DNA of 64,000 bases from Rickettsiales bacterium (lineage in GTDB: Bacteria; Pseudomonadota; Alphaproteobacteria; Rs-D84), in the NCBI GenBank assembly GCA_031283185.1, contig JAITCH010000010.1, forward strand, positions 63,237 through 127,236, written 5' to 3'. This document shows positions 63,031-64,000 of this stretch, one piece after another (the stretch's first letter is position 1; every line of letters begins with the position of its first letter). Below the pieces are notes generated by a model that was given only the letters and a program-made list of their open reading frames with translations, ran no database searches and had not been told where the DNA came from. The translations under genes and the position numbers were made by a program.

Positions 63031-63783
63031 ATGCTTACCGAAAAAGAACATCGTATAAAGGGCTCTGGCGAGTTAAACGAAATGTTTAACGCGCTAAGCC
63101 GGACTGCGACTGGAATCCAGCGCGACTTTGGCGAAATTGAAAGCCTGCAAAGTTCTATTAAGGGCGCGGCGGATTTCGTGGCCAAGGCGATAGAACGGGT
63201 CGAGGCGATGATATTGTCGGACTTGCAGTTAATTCGTCCGCAGGCTGGTATTACGACCACGAACGAATTCCGCGAAGGCGATGGTGTGGACGAATTTGTG
63301 TTGGGATTTTCCGGCGCGGGAAATTTCGTGCGCGGGAATCCGCATTTTGCGATTTCTTTGGCACTTAAACACGAAGGCGAAACTGCGATTGGCTTGATTT
63401 ATTCGCCGATTGACGACAGATTGTATTTCGCGGAAAAGGGCAATGGCGCATTTATATTCGCTCCGTTTCATAGTCAACGGATGCGCGCTTCAACCCGCAC
63501 CGAACCTACTGACCTTACAATTTATAAGTCATTCCCCGGCTTGACCGGGGAATCTCGGCCGCTAATATCGCAAATCCCAACCTCCAACCTTCGCATTTCC
63601 GGCTGCCCTGCGCTTGACCTGGCATATGTTGCATCGGGCAAGGCGGACATTGCGATTTTGGCGAATGACGGCATTTCCGAAATCTGTGCTGGTCAGTTAT
63701 TGGTCGAAGAGGCGAATGGCTTTGTTGATTTCACCAACGGCGACATCCTTGCGGCATCTCTTTCCATAAAATCCTTTATATAA
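63031..63783 (+). CDS. inositol monophosphatase (SuhB/IMPase)-family protein with a degenerate metal-binding motif and an in-frame REP-like insertion
   Basis: C-terminal ALDLAYVASGKAD and central PHFAISLAL match the IMPase fold. However, the DPIDGT motif is replaced by GFSGAG, and the repeat at 63528-63560 encodes SFPGLTGESRP. Confidence 0.6.
   Translation: MLTEKEHRIKGSGELNEMFNALSRTATGIQRDFGEIESLQSSIKGAADFVAKAIERVEAMILSDLQLIRPQAGITTTNEFREGDGVDEFVLGFSGAGNFVRGNPHFAISLALKHEGETAIGLIYSPIDDRLYFAEKGNGAFIFAPFHSQRMRASTRTEPTDLTIYKSFPGLTGESRPLISQIPTSNLRISGCPALDLAYVASGKADIAILANDGISEICAGQLLVEEANGFVDFTNGDILAASLSIKSFI
63528..63560. repeat. REP/RPE-like element inserted in-frame within the IMPase-family gene
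   Basis: GTCATTCCCCGGCTTGACCGGGGAATCTCGGCC. Confidence 0.8.
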
Positions 63784-63794
63784 TAGGATTATTA

Positions 63795-64000
63795 ATGTTA
63801 AAAAAGTATTTTGGTTTGTTGGCTCCGTTGTTGGTGTTTTATCATCGCATTCGTGCGATATTAAAGTTGGGCATTCTCAGGTATTTGCGCGTGCGATTTT
63901 TGGGCGCGGACGGCATTGAAAAATTTCCATATTTTTTATCAGTGGTTGCTTGTGCCAAAAACGAAGGCCACGACTTTGCGGAATGGATTGAATATCATCG
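63795..64000 (+). CDS. glycosyltransferase family 92 paralog (3' end outside window)
   Basis: ...VACAKNEGHDFAEWIEYH matches the GT92 N-terminal motif of the 41767..42612 protein. Confidence 0.5.
   Translation, partial: MLKKYFGLLAPLLVFYHRIRAILKLGILRYLRVRFLGADGIEKFPYFLSVVACAKNEGHDFAEWIEYH

Noticed and set aside
2895-63560. Possibility that the many short palindromic repeats form a CRISPR array
   Set aside because: Copies are dispersed over the whole window, not regularly spaced and not separated by unique spacers of uniform length. No cas genes are present.
1-64000. Transposase or integrase genes that could mobilise the repeat families
   Set aside because: No ORF in the window shows DDE, tyrosine- or serine-recombinase or IS200-like features. 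Only small nucleases (GIY-YIG, DUF559, HNH) are present, so the repeats are reported as non-autonomous.

Overview
This 64 kb window appears to be chromosomal DNA from a Gram-negative bacterium, most likely an alphaproteobacterium. The evidence is the rpmF-plsX-fabH-ihfA-merR synteny, the presence of IHF alpha and beta, BamD, MurJ, an alpha-type S4 N-terminus and a tRNA-His with an encoded G-1. The backbone is housekeeping: ileS (partial), a fused accD-accA, typA, serS, trpS, dnaK, metG, ftsH-tilS, comM, the rpsB-tsf and rpsD-efp-ndk clusters, rpmE, rpsU, and six tRNAs (Ala, Cys, Leu, His and Gln, one of them on the minus strand). Interleaved with this is a cell-envelope remodelling repertoire. 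It comprises three PagL-like lipid A deacylase paralogs, a PAP2 lipid phosphatase, GT8, GT92 x2, a Stealth-family capsule phosphotransferase-like protein and at least eight predicted outer-membrane beta-barrel or secreted proteins. It also includes two large Cys-rich exported proteins. The most unusual feature is an exceptionally dense load of structured palindromic repeats in at least three families. One is a ~130-140 bp composite element: four hairpins around an inverted-repeat core, with compensatory stem changes between copies. One is a 32 bp REP/RPE-like palindrome GTCATYCCSGGGCTTGACCCSGGRATCTYG placed right after stop codons. One is a composite G-rich hairpin plus GTCATTCCCGCGAAGGCGGGAATCTCAAATTG element. 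Copies are inserted in-frame into conserved genes (comM linker, suhB-like IMPase) and form the C-terminus of a GIY-YIG nuclease. They also flank or nest small nuclease genes (GIY-YIG x2, DUF559, HNH). Other notable items are listed here. There are tandem small paralogs, one of them frameshifted at a poly-C(10) tract. There are G9 and G8 tracts inside exported-protein genes. There is a promoter- and terminator-delimited CU-rich sRNA candidate between tRNA genes. There is a terminator-containing leader or sRNA upstream of the PAP2 gene. There is a small accessory island between metG and xth (lipoprotein, 279-aa unknown, TM-HNH, and a divergent leaderless zeta-toxin-family kinase with a coupled small ORF). 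There is a hypothetical-gene island (45.9-49.2 kb) whose genes each carry a near-consensus promoter with a shared TTTCCnCTTGACAAAA motif. All coordinates that I derived by hand (tRNAs, repeats, promoters) may be off by 1-2 nt.
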